Assembly: GCA_051294905.1 (NCBI GenBank)
Contig: CM119372.1
Span: 1,364,001-1,428,000 of the forward strand
Direction: 5' to 3'
From: Botryllus schlosseri
Taxonomy: Eukaryota
Length of the DNA: 64,000 bases
Positions within the stretch are counted from its first letter, which is position 1. The number at the start of each line of letters is the position of its first letter. Shown in pieces: positions 23,701 through 35,011 of this stretch. Below the pieces are notes generated by a model. That model was not told where the DNA came from and did not search any database. It worked only from the letters and a program-made list of their open reading frames with translations. Made by a program: the position numbers and the translations under genes.

Positions 23701-26700
23701 GTAGCATTGGTAGAGAATTGAAAAGTGCTTTGCATGCCAACAATCTCCGGGATGAAATTTGAATAACGAGGGCGGACAGATGGCTTCAGCTCGATGTACA
23801 ATTTTTAGATTGTACGCGAACTATTTTTGATGCCATACACTAGGTTTGTGTAGTTTGATAGAAGTCGACTCCAAGGCACATAAATAAACGTGTCTCGCTG
23901 AAGCGAAATCCATCGTCTTGTTGGTAAATTTCTGCACAAATAGTATGAATCTTTGAATATTTGTCAATGGCAGAGTTCATAGTCATTGCCTGTTCCGATT
24001 CAGGCTTTGAGGGATGAGTCAAGGGCCGTCTTTTCTCTAGGCATTAGACCTGTGTACTAACGAATCTAGGGACATGCTGTTTGGTCCTGCAAACGTTTTG
24101 TTTTTCTACCTGCGTAACCACATTGTATCCATATTCATTGCCGTGTTGACTATTCTCAATTCGAATACTTTTCTGTATATCTAGTCTTCTGAGGATGAGG
24201 AAACCAAAGAGATTCGACAGCTGGCCGCGAGGATTCGCGAAAAGAAGAAACTGCGAATGATCGAGGGTCACGCAAAGCGAACGGTAACGCTTCCGCACCG
24301 CATATCTTTTATAGATTTTTCTCGTTTTCCGGTTGCATGCAGTTCTGTACTCGGAGGTGGGCAGTCAATAGACTGCTTTACTCTTGAAAGAGTTCTTGAT
24401 TAGCGTTGGCCACCTTGTACTGCTTGCTCGAGTGGATATGTTTGGCTACTCTCACTTCAGCTTGCCAATTTCTTGCGCAAAACTTACGACTTTTAATTCC
24501 AAGTAGATATGGTACGCGGGGCCAGTTGAAAATTGCATTTCTAGTTTTTAGGCAAAACTGCTTGCTTTCTGGATTTTAAAAAGTAGACAGTGGTTTTGGG
24601 GTGTGTCTACCTCACTTTAACAAGTGAAGTCGTTATAGCAACTGTACTTAATACCATTCCCTGTATCATGATGATTTTTTTTTTCGAAACTTTCATTGAT
24701 TTGAAGTGTCACACTTCGTCAAGCCGCTTTCTTTAGGGTGATTTGTCATCCTTTTTCAAGATATCACAATTATCCTCCTAGGATATCCAAGTGACCTTCT
24801 TTGTGGCTATTTGTCCTCGTAGCTTCGACAGCCACGCGGCTGCACAGTAGGGCGGTTCAAAAATAACCTTTTTTCCTGAATCTTGCTGGTTACTTGATTA
24901 AATCGTTAGGTTGCCTCAAAAAACGACGCACACCAAATTTGAATTCATTCCAACCAATATTCGCGGATTTCGTAGAGTTTGAAAATTTTTAATTTGCCTG
25001 AAAATGCAAAAAAAAAATTTTTTCCAATTTTCCCTCGATCCATATGAAATTGTTGCGCTGTCTTCAAAAACGATGGAAAACAAATTTGACTCAATTCCAA
25101 GCTGCAGAAGCGGAGTTATTCAAGTTTTTTGATGATAATTCTGGGATGATCCCTCAATCAAGGATAATCCCAGAATTATCAAAGAAAAACTGAAATAACT
25201 CCACTTCTACGGCTTCGAATTGAGTCAAATTTGTTTTGCATCGTTTTTGAAGACAGCGCAACAATTTCATGGGGTTGGCATAAAAATTTGAAAAATTTTT
25301 TTTTTTGCATTTTTAGGCAAATTAAAAATTTTCAAACTCTACGAAATCCGCGAATATTGGTTGGAATGAATTCAAATTTGGTGTGCGTCGTTTTTTGAGG
25401 CAACCTAACGATTTAATCAAGTAACCAGCAAGATTCAGGAAAAAAGGTTATTTTTGAACCGCCCTACTGCACAGGCACAACTGAAAAACGCCATAAATGA
25501 CGCGATATCACTATTTGGACGGCGAGGATCACTAAAAATTTATGTTGGACCTGGTCTTCCGGGAGTCGAGTTTAAGGAAATGACCTTTCTTGCTCAACGC
25601 GACATTGTTTCCGGTCAAAATTTTCAAATCACCCGATTTCATGAGTTTTGTGATTTGTAGAAAGTGCCCACTTTTCCAGATCGCAAAATAGGGTAAACCT
25701 AACTTTCCGCGACTAATCTTGACCACCTCTGTCTGTATTTCTTCAGCATGATTTCTCGTTTATTTATATGTTTTACGATTTGTCCACGAGTAGCATGCGC
25801 TGTGACGAGAACTTGCAACTGATATCGGGTTTGTGATGAGCATGTGGATCGATAGCTGAGATTGTGGATCGATAGCTGAGATTGTTATCAGATATACGCA
25901 TCATGAACCGGAGTTAAGACAACTAGAACATTTTTTGGCTTTACCAAATGAGATTGGCAATATGATGACAGCTACATTTTTTCAAACTAAGTTATGATTA
26001 GAATTACCGAATTCGTCAATGGTAATGGTATTGAATTTAAAATTGGAAGAAATACGACGAAAATCATGTTCACTTCATATCAAATCAGGTTTCGTTCTCA
26101 TCAGCACGAAAATGACAAATGTCTGTACGTCGACTGTCGAGCTTGGTTTGTTCCGTACGATACAGTCCTTACCAGAAATTAGATTACCAAAATTTCCTAG
26201 TTGTCCATGTCTGTCCTGAACTTGCTTTGCTTTGCTCTTACATTTGTTGTTTGCAGAGTTGCCTTAAACACTTGAATTTTACTTGCTTGCACGGTTCTAA
26301 TGCCGCTTCTTCGGTGTGATTTATCGACAGTTGTTGTTGAATGGTAGAAGAAAACATTCCAGCGTTTGTCGTTGCAGGTTGAAAAGCCGCAAGTTACCAG
26401 AAAAGTGACTTCGACGAATAAGACAGCTGGAGAAATCGAAAAGAAAATGGGAGAGCTGGGTGTTGATTTGAGAGGGCGACAGGTATTGTCGCCGTTCATT
26501 CTTCGTGTATCTGCTGACGTGTCGACTTCAATCAGTAGCACTGGTAGTGATACTCGCAGCGATATTTGGTGACGAGATATTCGTACAATATTGTTTCCCT
26601 ATCTTTACTACTTTGGTGTTGAGCTTCTTGGAGGTGCATGACTTTATTATCGAATTTAATAATACGTTCATAAATCCGAATATTTTCAGCGGTCATCGTC

Positions 26701-27480
26701 AGCAACTAATATGGAATTAGAAAAAACATTGTATATCTACAATCGTATCACAAAATATGACTTTGAATGGTGTTTTCAAGCTTCTACTTTATTTTTACGT
26801 ATGCGAGTTTTTGTAAATTCAATTTTGCGTTAGTTTGCATCGATTCTGTGCGGTGAATTATAGCAATAGCCCAGTATGTTACAGATAGGGCTGGGCACAA
26901 TAGTTCGAGTACTCGAATTCAAACAGAGTATTACTTGCTACGATTCGAGTGGAGTGGGCGAATATAATTTCTTTGTATCATGTGATTATACGCTTATTTC
27001 TCGCAGGGTCATTTCCGATCTCGAAGTAAAACGCGCGGACTGAAGAGAAAGAGAGACCCGTCTGCCATGGACACTTCCACCACGCGGTCACAGTCCAGGA
27101 GCAAGTCTAGGACGCGAGACGACAGCGGCATAAGAGACCCGAAGGTTTGTGTGTCAACTTGTGGAGAAATACTGCCGTTTATCGTACGTGCAGTCGGTGT
27201 CGGAAACTTGGTGCTACTTTTTCGGAAGTGCGCGAATCGGTTTTTCGTGCTTGCGCTACGGCCTACTGCTTCTTCGCGCTCCAGTACCTGCGATGACTGT
27301 TTTGACCTTATGCATTTCTAACCTCAGATGATGGCCAAGGCGAAGAAGCTCGCGAAGACAGCTCAGCGCAAGATGATCAGGCAGGGCAAAGCGGGAGAGT
27401 CCGATCGTCACATCCACGAGAAGAAACCTCGGCATCTTTATTCGGGCAAGAGGGGAGTCGGGAAGACGGACCGTCGCTAA
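14756..27480 (+). CDS. GTPBP4: Nucleolar GTP-binding protein 1 (NOG1), 60S biogenesis GTPase
   Basis: Exons 14756-14803, 15138-15308, 16539-16642, 17411-17648, 18444-18728, 19696-19816, 20230-20375, 21639-21825, 22980-23146, 24185-24283, 26378-26482, 27007-27144 and 27328-27480. Start is [14 protein letters not shown]. Motifs: G1 [45 protein letters not shown]-terminus is [18 protein letters not shown]. All junctions are GT-AG and in frame; AATAAA at 27503. Confidence 0.97.
17849..17925 (+). ncRNA. Intronic box C/D snoRNA, copy 1 (GTPBP4 intron 4), putative 28S rRNA 2'-O-methylation guide
   Basis: Terminal stem TCTGCAC/GTGCAGA, C box ATGATGA 17857-63, D' CCGA, C' ATGAGGA, guide TGGATCGATAGGC, D box CTGA 17915-18. 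Confidence 0.88.
18806..19340. mobile_element. MITE with GAGACA-type TIRs (unclassified)
   Basis: Left end AGGAGACCAAGTTGAGACA, right end TGTCTCATCTTGGCCTCCT, internal palindrome TGTCTCAACTTACCCC..GGGTAAGATAAGACA. Confidence 0.6.
19543..19619 (+). ncRNA. Intronic box C/D snoRNA, copy 2 (GTPBP4 intron 5)
   Basis: Stem ATGCAC/GTGCAT, C box ATGATGA 19550-56, D' CCGA, C' ATGAGGA, identical guide, D box CTGA 19610-13. It ends 76 nt before the 3' splice site. Confidence 0.88.
20682..20757 (+). ncRNA. Intronic box C/D snoRNA, copy 3 (GTPBP4 intron 7)
   Basis: Stem TCTGCAC/GTGCAGA, C box ATGATGA 20690-96, D' CAGA, C' ATGAGGA, identical guide, D box CTGA 20747-50. Confidence 0.88.
21945..22325. mobile_element. 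hAT-like MITE (GGCTGGGC family)
   Basis: TSD GTCATAAA; internally deleted relative of 63018-63532. Confidence 0.8.
24848..25466. mobile_element. Young, almost fully palindromic fold-back MITE in GTPBP4 intron 10
   Basis: About 300-bp arms, near-identical over the outer ~150 bp; TIR TAGGGCGGTTCAAAAATAACC; perfect TSD CTGCACAG. Older or partial relatives at about 34418-34830, 35448-35745, 46466-46938 and 58680-59319. Confidence 0.9.
25797..25882 (+). ncRNA. Divergent intronic box C/D snoRNA candidate (GTPBP4 intron 10) with a duplicated guide+D box
   Basis: C-like GTGACGA 25802-08, D' CTGA 25819-22, C' GTGATGA 25833-39, guide TGGATCGATAG followed by D box CTGA 25856-59. The 20-nt unit TGTGGATCGATAGCTGAGAT occurs twice (25843-62, 25863-82). 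No clear terminal stem. Confidence 0.6.
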
Positions 27481-27927
27481 TTTATCGCCGCGTTTTCTGT
27501 GTAATAAACAGATTTATTATTCGATTCGTGATTTTTCAGTATGTTGTCAGTAGTTCAGTGACTTGGATATGACTTCTCTCGATATTTTGTCGATGGAATT
27601 CCTTCGTTGCCCGTTAATCATTTTTGTTAGTTGCATGCAATGATAGGACAAGTAAGGTGTGTGTCCGTTAGGGTTACCTTATTTTCTCTGGAAGGATTCG
27701 TATTCAGTGGGAGTCGAGTTGGAAAGATGACCTTTTTTCTTTAGCCAGCCGACTACAAGCTCTTTATGAATTAACCAATTTTTCCGGATTTCACTCCTGT
27801 CTTGTAAGTCTGAAAATTTGTAAAAAGTGTCCTGTTCAGATTCCCAAAATATGGTAACCCTAGTGTTAGTATACCCGCAGTTTAGACGTAACGACATCAC
27901 TTTCGACGAGGTTTAGTGCGTATCACC

Positions 27928-28419
27928 AGAGTTGTCACAACTCAATCTAACTTCTTTAGTTTTGACTCGAGTCATTCTCAATTCACCACCGAGTCCAAAG
28001 TCGAGCAAAGGATCGAGTCTGGGTCATGGTATTATGACTCGAGTCCAAGTCGTTATGTTGACTGCTCAGTTTCTCGTTAAATAAAGTCTTGTTAAACCCA
28101 CTTTTTATAACTATGTTTATATTGAATGCTTGGCAATTATAATATACTAATTCTCCTCACCTTTACCAGTTTCCGGTTGCATTTTCAAGTAGGCCTACCA
28201 GTACGAACAGACGAAATCCCAACAGGGCGGTTACTTGACAATTCTTCGAAATTACAATGAAATGTCGGTCTTGGCCGTCTGAGTTGTGACTTGGCTGGAG
28301 TCATGCGCAATGACTCGAGTCAATGGACAGATTGACTCGCGTCGAGTCATTTCCGTATTTTGAAAAAAATGACTCAAGTCGAGTCATCAGAAATCGTGAC
28401 TCAAGTGATTACAACCCTG
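27928..28419. mobile_element. hAT-like MITE, GACTCGAGTC-rich family
   Basis: Ends CAGAGTTGT/ACAACCCTG and TSD CGTATCAC/TGTATCAC. Further copies at about 28676-28948, 29500-29939, 35841-36167, 38246-38754 (TSD CTGCAAAC/CTGCCAAC) and 42890-43370. Confidence 0.8.
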
Positions 28420-29342
28420 TGTATCACAAGATCAGGGGGAGAAGATCGTAATTCCTCACCTGCAGATTTTGAGCATGACATTGATTTCTACCAATTTACG
28501 ATCTGGAAACAGTCGTGCCCTGAGCTGTAGGTTGATTGAACTCCTATTAAATTCTTCATAGAAGAACTCTGATAACTCCAACCTTCATGTATGCTTATTG
28601 CATTTTTGGTTATTATTTTAACCAAGTGAATAAAGCTTGTGAAGAACTTGATAACTTCTGCAACCAAGTCGTCACCAGGGTTGTTGTAACCAATTCACCA
28701 GTAAATTCTACTTTACAGTTTTGACTGCAGTCATTTTCACGTTCAAGTCATTGTGTTCACTGATATTCTCAAGAGGTATTCATAATATGCTATCTTTCCT
28801 CACTTCACACGGTCTCTGGCTCTATTATACAAACAGCAGTACTGATAGACTAAATACCAATATTGTGGTAGCTTACCATTCTTTGAAGTTACAACGAAAT
28901 GACTTTTCGAGTCTCCATTTACAAATGATTCGAGTTGTTACAACCCTGGACGTCACTGCTTGTACAGCTGTGAATACTCGACTGTACTGCCAACTGGTGG
29001 GTATAATCAGCGAATGTATAAAGTATGTACAAATGGTGCATTGATCCTAGTATTCTAAAATTGTGGGTGATCATTCTTCAAATTCATAAAGGTCGCTTGA
29101 ACACGAAATACAGTCGCCCTGCTGCGCGAAGTCGGTCATTTATTTCAAAGAGTATCAAAACGTACACACTGTCTGTCCTCGATGCAATTCTAGATTTGCG
29201 CACGTGTGGCCGAATCCATAAAAAGTCATCGGCCGTGCTAGAAGAATATTGCAAGTTCTTCTATCTCATAGCGAAACGATGTCGACAAATAACATCTGAG
29301 CGGCCTGCGGAAGTGATACGAGTTTCATTTCTCTGTCGGCTA

Positions 29343-31306
29343 TCAGTTTTTGGGGTTGAATTTTGGTGTCTTTTGCTTCAACTGCGCCCTGACACCGAAC
29401 CCACCGCGTCCTGGGTCGTAGTCAGATCGGTATTCGTCACGCACCTGAAACAGAGATGAGGAAACAAGTGTTGAAACTGCAGAGAACAGACTACTTAAAA
29501 GGATTGTAATGACTCGACTTGACTCGAGTCATTGCGCATGACTCGAACCAAGTCATATGACTCGAGACTCAGACTGCCAAGAACAACATTTCATTGTAAT
29601 TTCGAAGTATAGTGAAGTAACCACACTATTGGGATTTCGTCTATTGGTACTGGAACTTGAAAATGCGACCAGAAACTGCTACAAGTGAGAAAAATTGGTA
29701 TATTATAAATGCGAACCATTCGTTATCACCAAACAGAGTTATAAAAAGTTGGCTCAACAAGACTTCAACTCGAAACTGAGCAGTCAACACAATGACTTGG
29801 ACTCGAGTCATAACACGATGACTCAAGACTATACCCTCCGCTCGCCGATTGGACTCGGACCTGACTCAGTGGTGAATTGAAAATGACTCGAGTCAAAACT
29901 ATAAAAGCGAGATTGACTTGTGACTTGGTTACAACCCTGGACTGCTGGTGTGGTTGACGGCAGAAATGATCAAAAGTAGTCAATGTTTGCACTCAAGTGT
30001 GATGTACAGTTCTACAGCGATCTACAACACAGTCAATACTACGGAAGTGGGAGTAGAAAATGAAGATTAAAGTATTCTAGTGTTTAAAAGTAGATTTTGT
30101 TTATGTATGGTAGCCTATACTTTTCATAGTCAATCGGAGGTCGCTGGTTTCAAATTTGCAGGGTGCATATATTCAGGATTCGCGCCTGACGCCAAGGTTG
30201 TGACCAAGTCACAAGTCAATCTCACTTAAATAATTTCAATATATTAATTTAATAAATCAATTTAATAATACATAAATTGACTCGAGTCGCGTCATTACAA
30301 GCCTGCATGACGCTACAAATCGGTAATATTTTCAAAAATAGAATCAGTTACCAGTATAGCCTAAATGACAATGGTTACATCCAATATGGAATCGGTGTCT
30401 CGTGCACAGCAAAGATTATACTGACTACACACAGGTGTGACGCTGAGAACCGTCTTGGCACACCAAAGATATACCGCTAAACGTACCGGGATTCCAACCT
30501 GGGGTTGCATTCCTGATTGGAATCGCTGGCCTTTTTGCCTGATATATCAGGTGAGCAGCGATGATTTTCCAAGTTGAAGTAATTTAATAAAAAATAATTA
30601 AAAAATAAAATATAGTGTGAGCACAGGACGCCGATTCCAAACAGGGTTGCATTGAATATTGATTCAGGCCATTACCACATTAGCAGTAGTATTTACTACT
30701 TGTAATACTCACTTGACCGCCAGATTTTCCCCGTCCAAATTGCCTTCCTTCTTTAAAGCCTGCGTCCCAATCTGTTCGTACAACACGGTCATCAAGTCTG
30801 GTTCCATTGATATAGCGAATGGCGTTGGCGGCATCATCTCGTCTATAGTATCTGTTAGAATAGGCCCGTGGCACCACAAGTTACATGTGGAGCAAACATA
30901 GGATTTTTAAAAAATACGTCAATAGTTCAGACTTGGTATGCCTAAATTAAATCACTGATGATCACATTTAGAGTGAAATAGGCGATGATGCTCGATGCAT
31001 CAACATGTAAATGTTTGAAACATACTCAACGAAGCAGAAACCGCAGGGGGTTTTCTTGAATTTGTCGAGACCCATAACAACCCGTTTAATATCTCCACAT
31101 TTCCCGAAGAGCTCGTAGATTTGTTCCTCCGTAGTGTAGTAAGACAAGTTCCCGACGTACAGCGTGCAAGTAGTCAACAATGCCTTCTCTTGGTCCTTCT
31201 TTGTTCCCTTGAAGTGTTGATCCCTGTATTGCGTCAAATCTACGTACGGATCTTTCGCGAGTGGCCTCAATATTGTCTTCTCCATAATATCGGATTCCAT
31301 GACCAT
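29343..31306 (-). CDS. NCBP2: Nuclear cap-binding protein subunit 2 (CBP20)
   Basis: Exons: 31306 (or ATG 31285, which aligns with the vertebrate start) to 31026, 30851-30713 and 29444-29343. Peptides: [76 protein letters not shown]. Minus-strand AATAAA at 29144-29139. Confidence 0.96.
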
Positions 31307-31572
31307 GCCTACAGCTATACGACCAGCAGTTACGAAGAATAATGTGATCGAAATAGCAAAACAGAGATATTCTCTATAGCGAATGTGTGTCTCACTCCAA
31401 ATACATTCTAAATACTAAATTGCGGAACTGGCGGATCTATCGGCTCAATGAATATATTAGAAACATAACGGAATAGACACGGTGATGTCATACTTTGCTA
31501 ACCAAAAGAATAAATACCAGGCTATTGAAAATTTCTTCCCCGATCAAGAGTTGAAAAGTCATGCGCCAAACA

Positions 31573-31994
31573 CCAGAGATGAGCATGGATTAGGATTAGG
31601 TTTTGAAAAAACAGGATTTGTGAAGTTTTGTCGGATTTGGATTGGATTTGGTTCAGACATCTTTTTCAGAACGGATTAGGACTTGGATTGGATTTACCTA
31701 TTTTCTGGGAGATTGAAATGTCGTGTGGCGAATGGCGACAAACTTTAGTCAGATCATTTATTATTGTACTTATGGTTACTAAGTTATCTTGAATCATTTG
31801 AATCGTTGGTTGTGAAAGAAAATTTTTGAATCCCTCCATTGCATAAATTAGTATTTTTTCTGAATTTCTAGTTGGAATCGGATTAGGATTGGACATGGAC
31901 TTGAATATGAAAAAGATATGGATTAGGATTTGGATTTGAAGGTTCGGATTTGGACTGGATTAGGACATAGAAATTTCAAATCCACTCATCTCTG
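31573..31994. mobile_element. hAT-like MITE (AATCC-rich family) in the NCBP2/MRPL13 head-to-head spacer
   Basis: Reverse-oriented copy of the 14025 element. TIR CAGAGATGAG; TSD CCAAACAC/CTAAACAC. Confidence 0.85.
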
Positions 31995-32167
31995 CTAAAC
32001 ACCGTCACCGTCAGTGTATGGTCCGGTTGTTTTGTACTTTTGCAAGTCGTCAGATTCAGACGGAAACAGTGCTAGTGTGCTACTGCTACAGCATAGTACA
32101 ATACAAACAGGGTATACCTATACGCGTACCGGCGTACGCTTTGATTTCTAGGTGAGATATTGGTGAG

Positions 32168-35011
32168 ATGTCTCTCGGACGTTCGAACCAGGTGAGAAAT
32201 ATATGATGCATCATAGGCAGTCAATTTTGGTAACACATAACCTTGCTATTCAGCAATGGGCAACATTTTCAAGAGCCTGGTATATACTCAACGCTTATAA
32301 GCAACCTGCAGGTGGCATTGCTGCAATTACTGCCAAGTATGCTGGCCTATATTATAGTTAGAATTAGAGTTATCATGCTCATGTAGCGGATAAATTAATG
32401 ATTTAAATTCCAGATATCTTGAAGGACGACACAAGCCAATTTTCCATCCTCAAAGTGACGTTGGCGACCACGTGGTTATAGTAAACGCTAAAGAAATCGC
32501 GTTGTCTGGGAATAAATGGGAACAAAAGACATTTTCTTCTCACACTGGGTAACATAAATATGGCTTAGTACGTTCAGTTTTATCTTTCACTATATTCATG
32601 TGATAGAAAGGTTAATTTGAGATTCGAATCCCAAATGATACTTTGAACTCAGATGTGACTGACTTTGTTGCTATACTTGCTATACTGTAATTTTTGCTTA
32701 ATCATTTCGGGGAAAAGTCATAACTTGATGTGTACAAGCGCAGCATATACGGTGAATATTATATCATTTTCCTACTATAAAAGCAATTAGAAATATTTTC
32801 TTGACCACATTTCAGGAGAAGAAAAGGGTTCCTGCAGATGCAAGCCTACCAAATTCATGAAATCGACTCGACGTGGGTGAGATTGATTTCGTATTATATG
32901 GTTTTAAATGACATCAGTGGATCGCTGCTGCAGTATTGGATGAGCCAGAGTCCGACTCGAGTCCAGTGTGCAATGGCTCGATATGACTTGTGACTCGGCT
33001 GACTCCACGGTAGTGACTTCTTTCCAACACTGGCTTCAGAAACTTCTTTCTCAATAACCCTTGAGCAATGTTCCCTCTAATTTTTCATGCGCCTGTGCAC
33101 ACTCACCAACTCATTGCACGTTCTCTTTGATAAGAGTGCGTAACATAGGGTTGCCACGTCAAGTACAATGTGTGTTGTTGACTAAAAAAAAACTACGATT
33201 TTCGTTGATAAATCAACTGTAGTGACAAGGGCCATATAATTTGAGTACATACTCAAAACAACCATCTCTCGCTAACTGACTTGAATAACTACAATTAAGA
33301 CTCAATTTAGATTTGAACTCAAATCATGTTACCTAGCCCTGGTAGCTAGTAGCTTCTCACTTCCATCACCTTGACTTACCGTGAAACAATGATTTCGATT
33401 CAGATCACAAGAAAATATGTGTACAGCGCTCTTCCAAAGACCAGCATGAAACACAGGCGGGGCATGTTCACCCGGTGTCACGTTTTTGAGGATGAAGTGA
33501 GTAATCATAATCGTCGTAATCTTTTCTGTGATTTCAGCTCTGGTTGACTCATTCCATTATAATTTAGCAAATTTTTTCACTTTTGTAATGCATACCCTCA
33601 GAACTGTCCAATATTTACAAATGTTGTTCTTTTTTGAATTCTAGGTACATTGAAAAAAATGAAAAAATTTCCAGCGGTTCAAAAGATATTGCTATTCAAA
33701 ATTGCAAAGACATTGAACTGCTGCCCACCACAACTACTATTATGACCAATTATGCAATGGAAAGACAAATTTATTTGTGATTTCGTTGTGGTTAATTTGA
33801 AAATCCTATTTTTTATCAATCATGCACTGCTTCAAAGTACATTTTGCAATAACATGGATATTCAATTTCGCATGCCCCTCAATCTTTTTTCTTCTGTAAC
33901 TTTTTTCCTATGAGTTTAGAGAGAAAAAGTTGATTTTTTTCAATTGTATAATTGGACATTTTAATTGATTCTCCACCATCATTAAAGCAAAAAATATGGA
34001 TTTTAAAGATTTTTGCATGCAGCGCCACCTAGTGACAAGAAATTTTTTAATCGCATTATCTTCTGAACCGCTGGAAATTTTTCAATTCAATTTTTTTAAT
34101 GTATCCGGAATTCAAAAAAAGAACAACATTTGTAAATATCGGACAATTCTGAGAGTATACATTACAGCCCTTACTAAGTTATAATGGAATTAACCGGTTG
34201 TATTTTGAACAGAACGTTCCTCAAGAAATCCTTGAAAATATCGTGGGAGAAATACCGGCGCCGCGCAGGATTCCGAAATCGATTTGGGATTACTCTGAAG
34301 AAGAAGTGAACGCGTTTCCCAAGTTGTGGATACAGTGAGTGGGAATTTTTGGGTTGACATCACACTTTAAAAGAAATACTGGTCACTGGTCAGTCATTAG
34401 AACTTGAAAAATATTAGCAGGGTTGTTCGAAAATAACTTTTTACCCGGATTCCGGGAATTCATCGAATAAATTATTAGGTTGCCTAAGAAACGCTGCACA
34501 CCAAATTCGGCTCGATTTCAACTGATCGACGCGAAAACTCAGGAGTTTAAAAATTTTGAATTTATTACAGAAAATTTTGTATCAATTTTTCAAATTTCTT
34601 TGTAAACCCCATGAAATTGTTGTCTGCTTAAACGATGCAAAACAAATTTGACGCTATTCCAACCCGTAGAAGTTATTTGAGTTTTCATTCATAATTCCGG
34701 GACTACCCCACCGTGCAGGCTATTTTTTTGCAAATCCAAAATTTTCAACTGCAATAACTTCCCTTCTACCGGTTGGAAGTTAGCAAAAATTGTTTGGCAT
34801 CGTTGTTTTAGACAGATTAATAATTTTATGCATCCCCTTGACCTATTCTACTTTTTGAAACTGCTTAAGTAGATTTCATTTCTTATGTTTTCTACTTCCA
34901 CTTAGAGTAGTTTTGATGCGCCTTTCTACTTGTATAGCAACGTTTACTACTCTGAACACCTCTGATATTGTGCCCCTCACTTACAGACCCCATGACTATA
35001 TAAGAAGATGA
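32168..35011 (+). CDS. MRPL13: Mitochondrial ribosomal protein uL13m
   Basis: Exons 32168-32191, 32254-32336, 32414-32548, 32816-32876, 33404-33496, 34213-34334 and 34987-35011. Translation [65 protein letters not shown]. Phases are consistent; AATAAA at 35272. The ORF track misses it because the exons are short. Confidence 0.95.
33551..34190. repeat. Fold-back element with long inverted arms in MRPL13 intron 5
   Basis: ATTCCATTATAA..ATATTTACAAATGTTGTTCTTTTTTGAATTC..TTTCCAGCGGTTCA is mirrored at 34063-34190. Confidence 0.75.
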
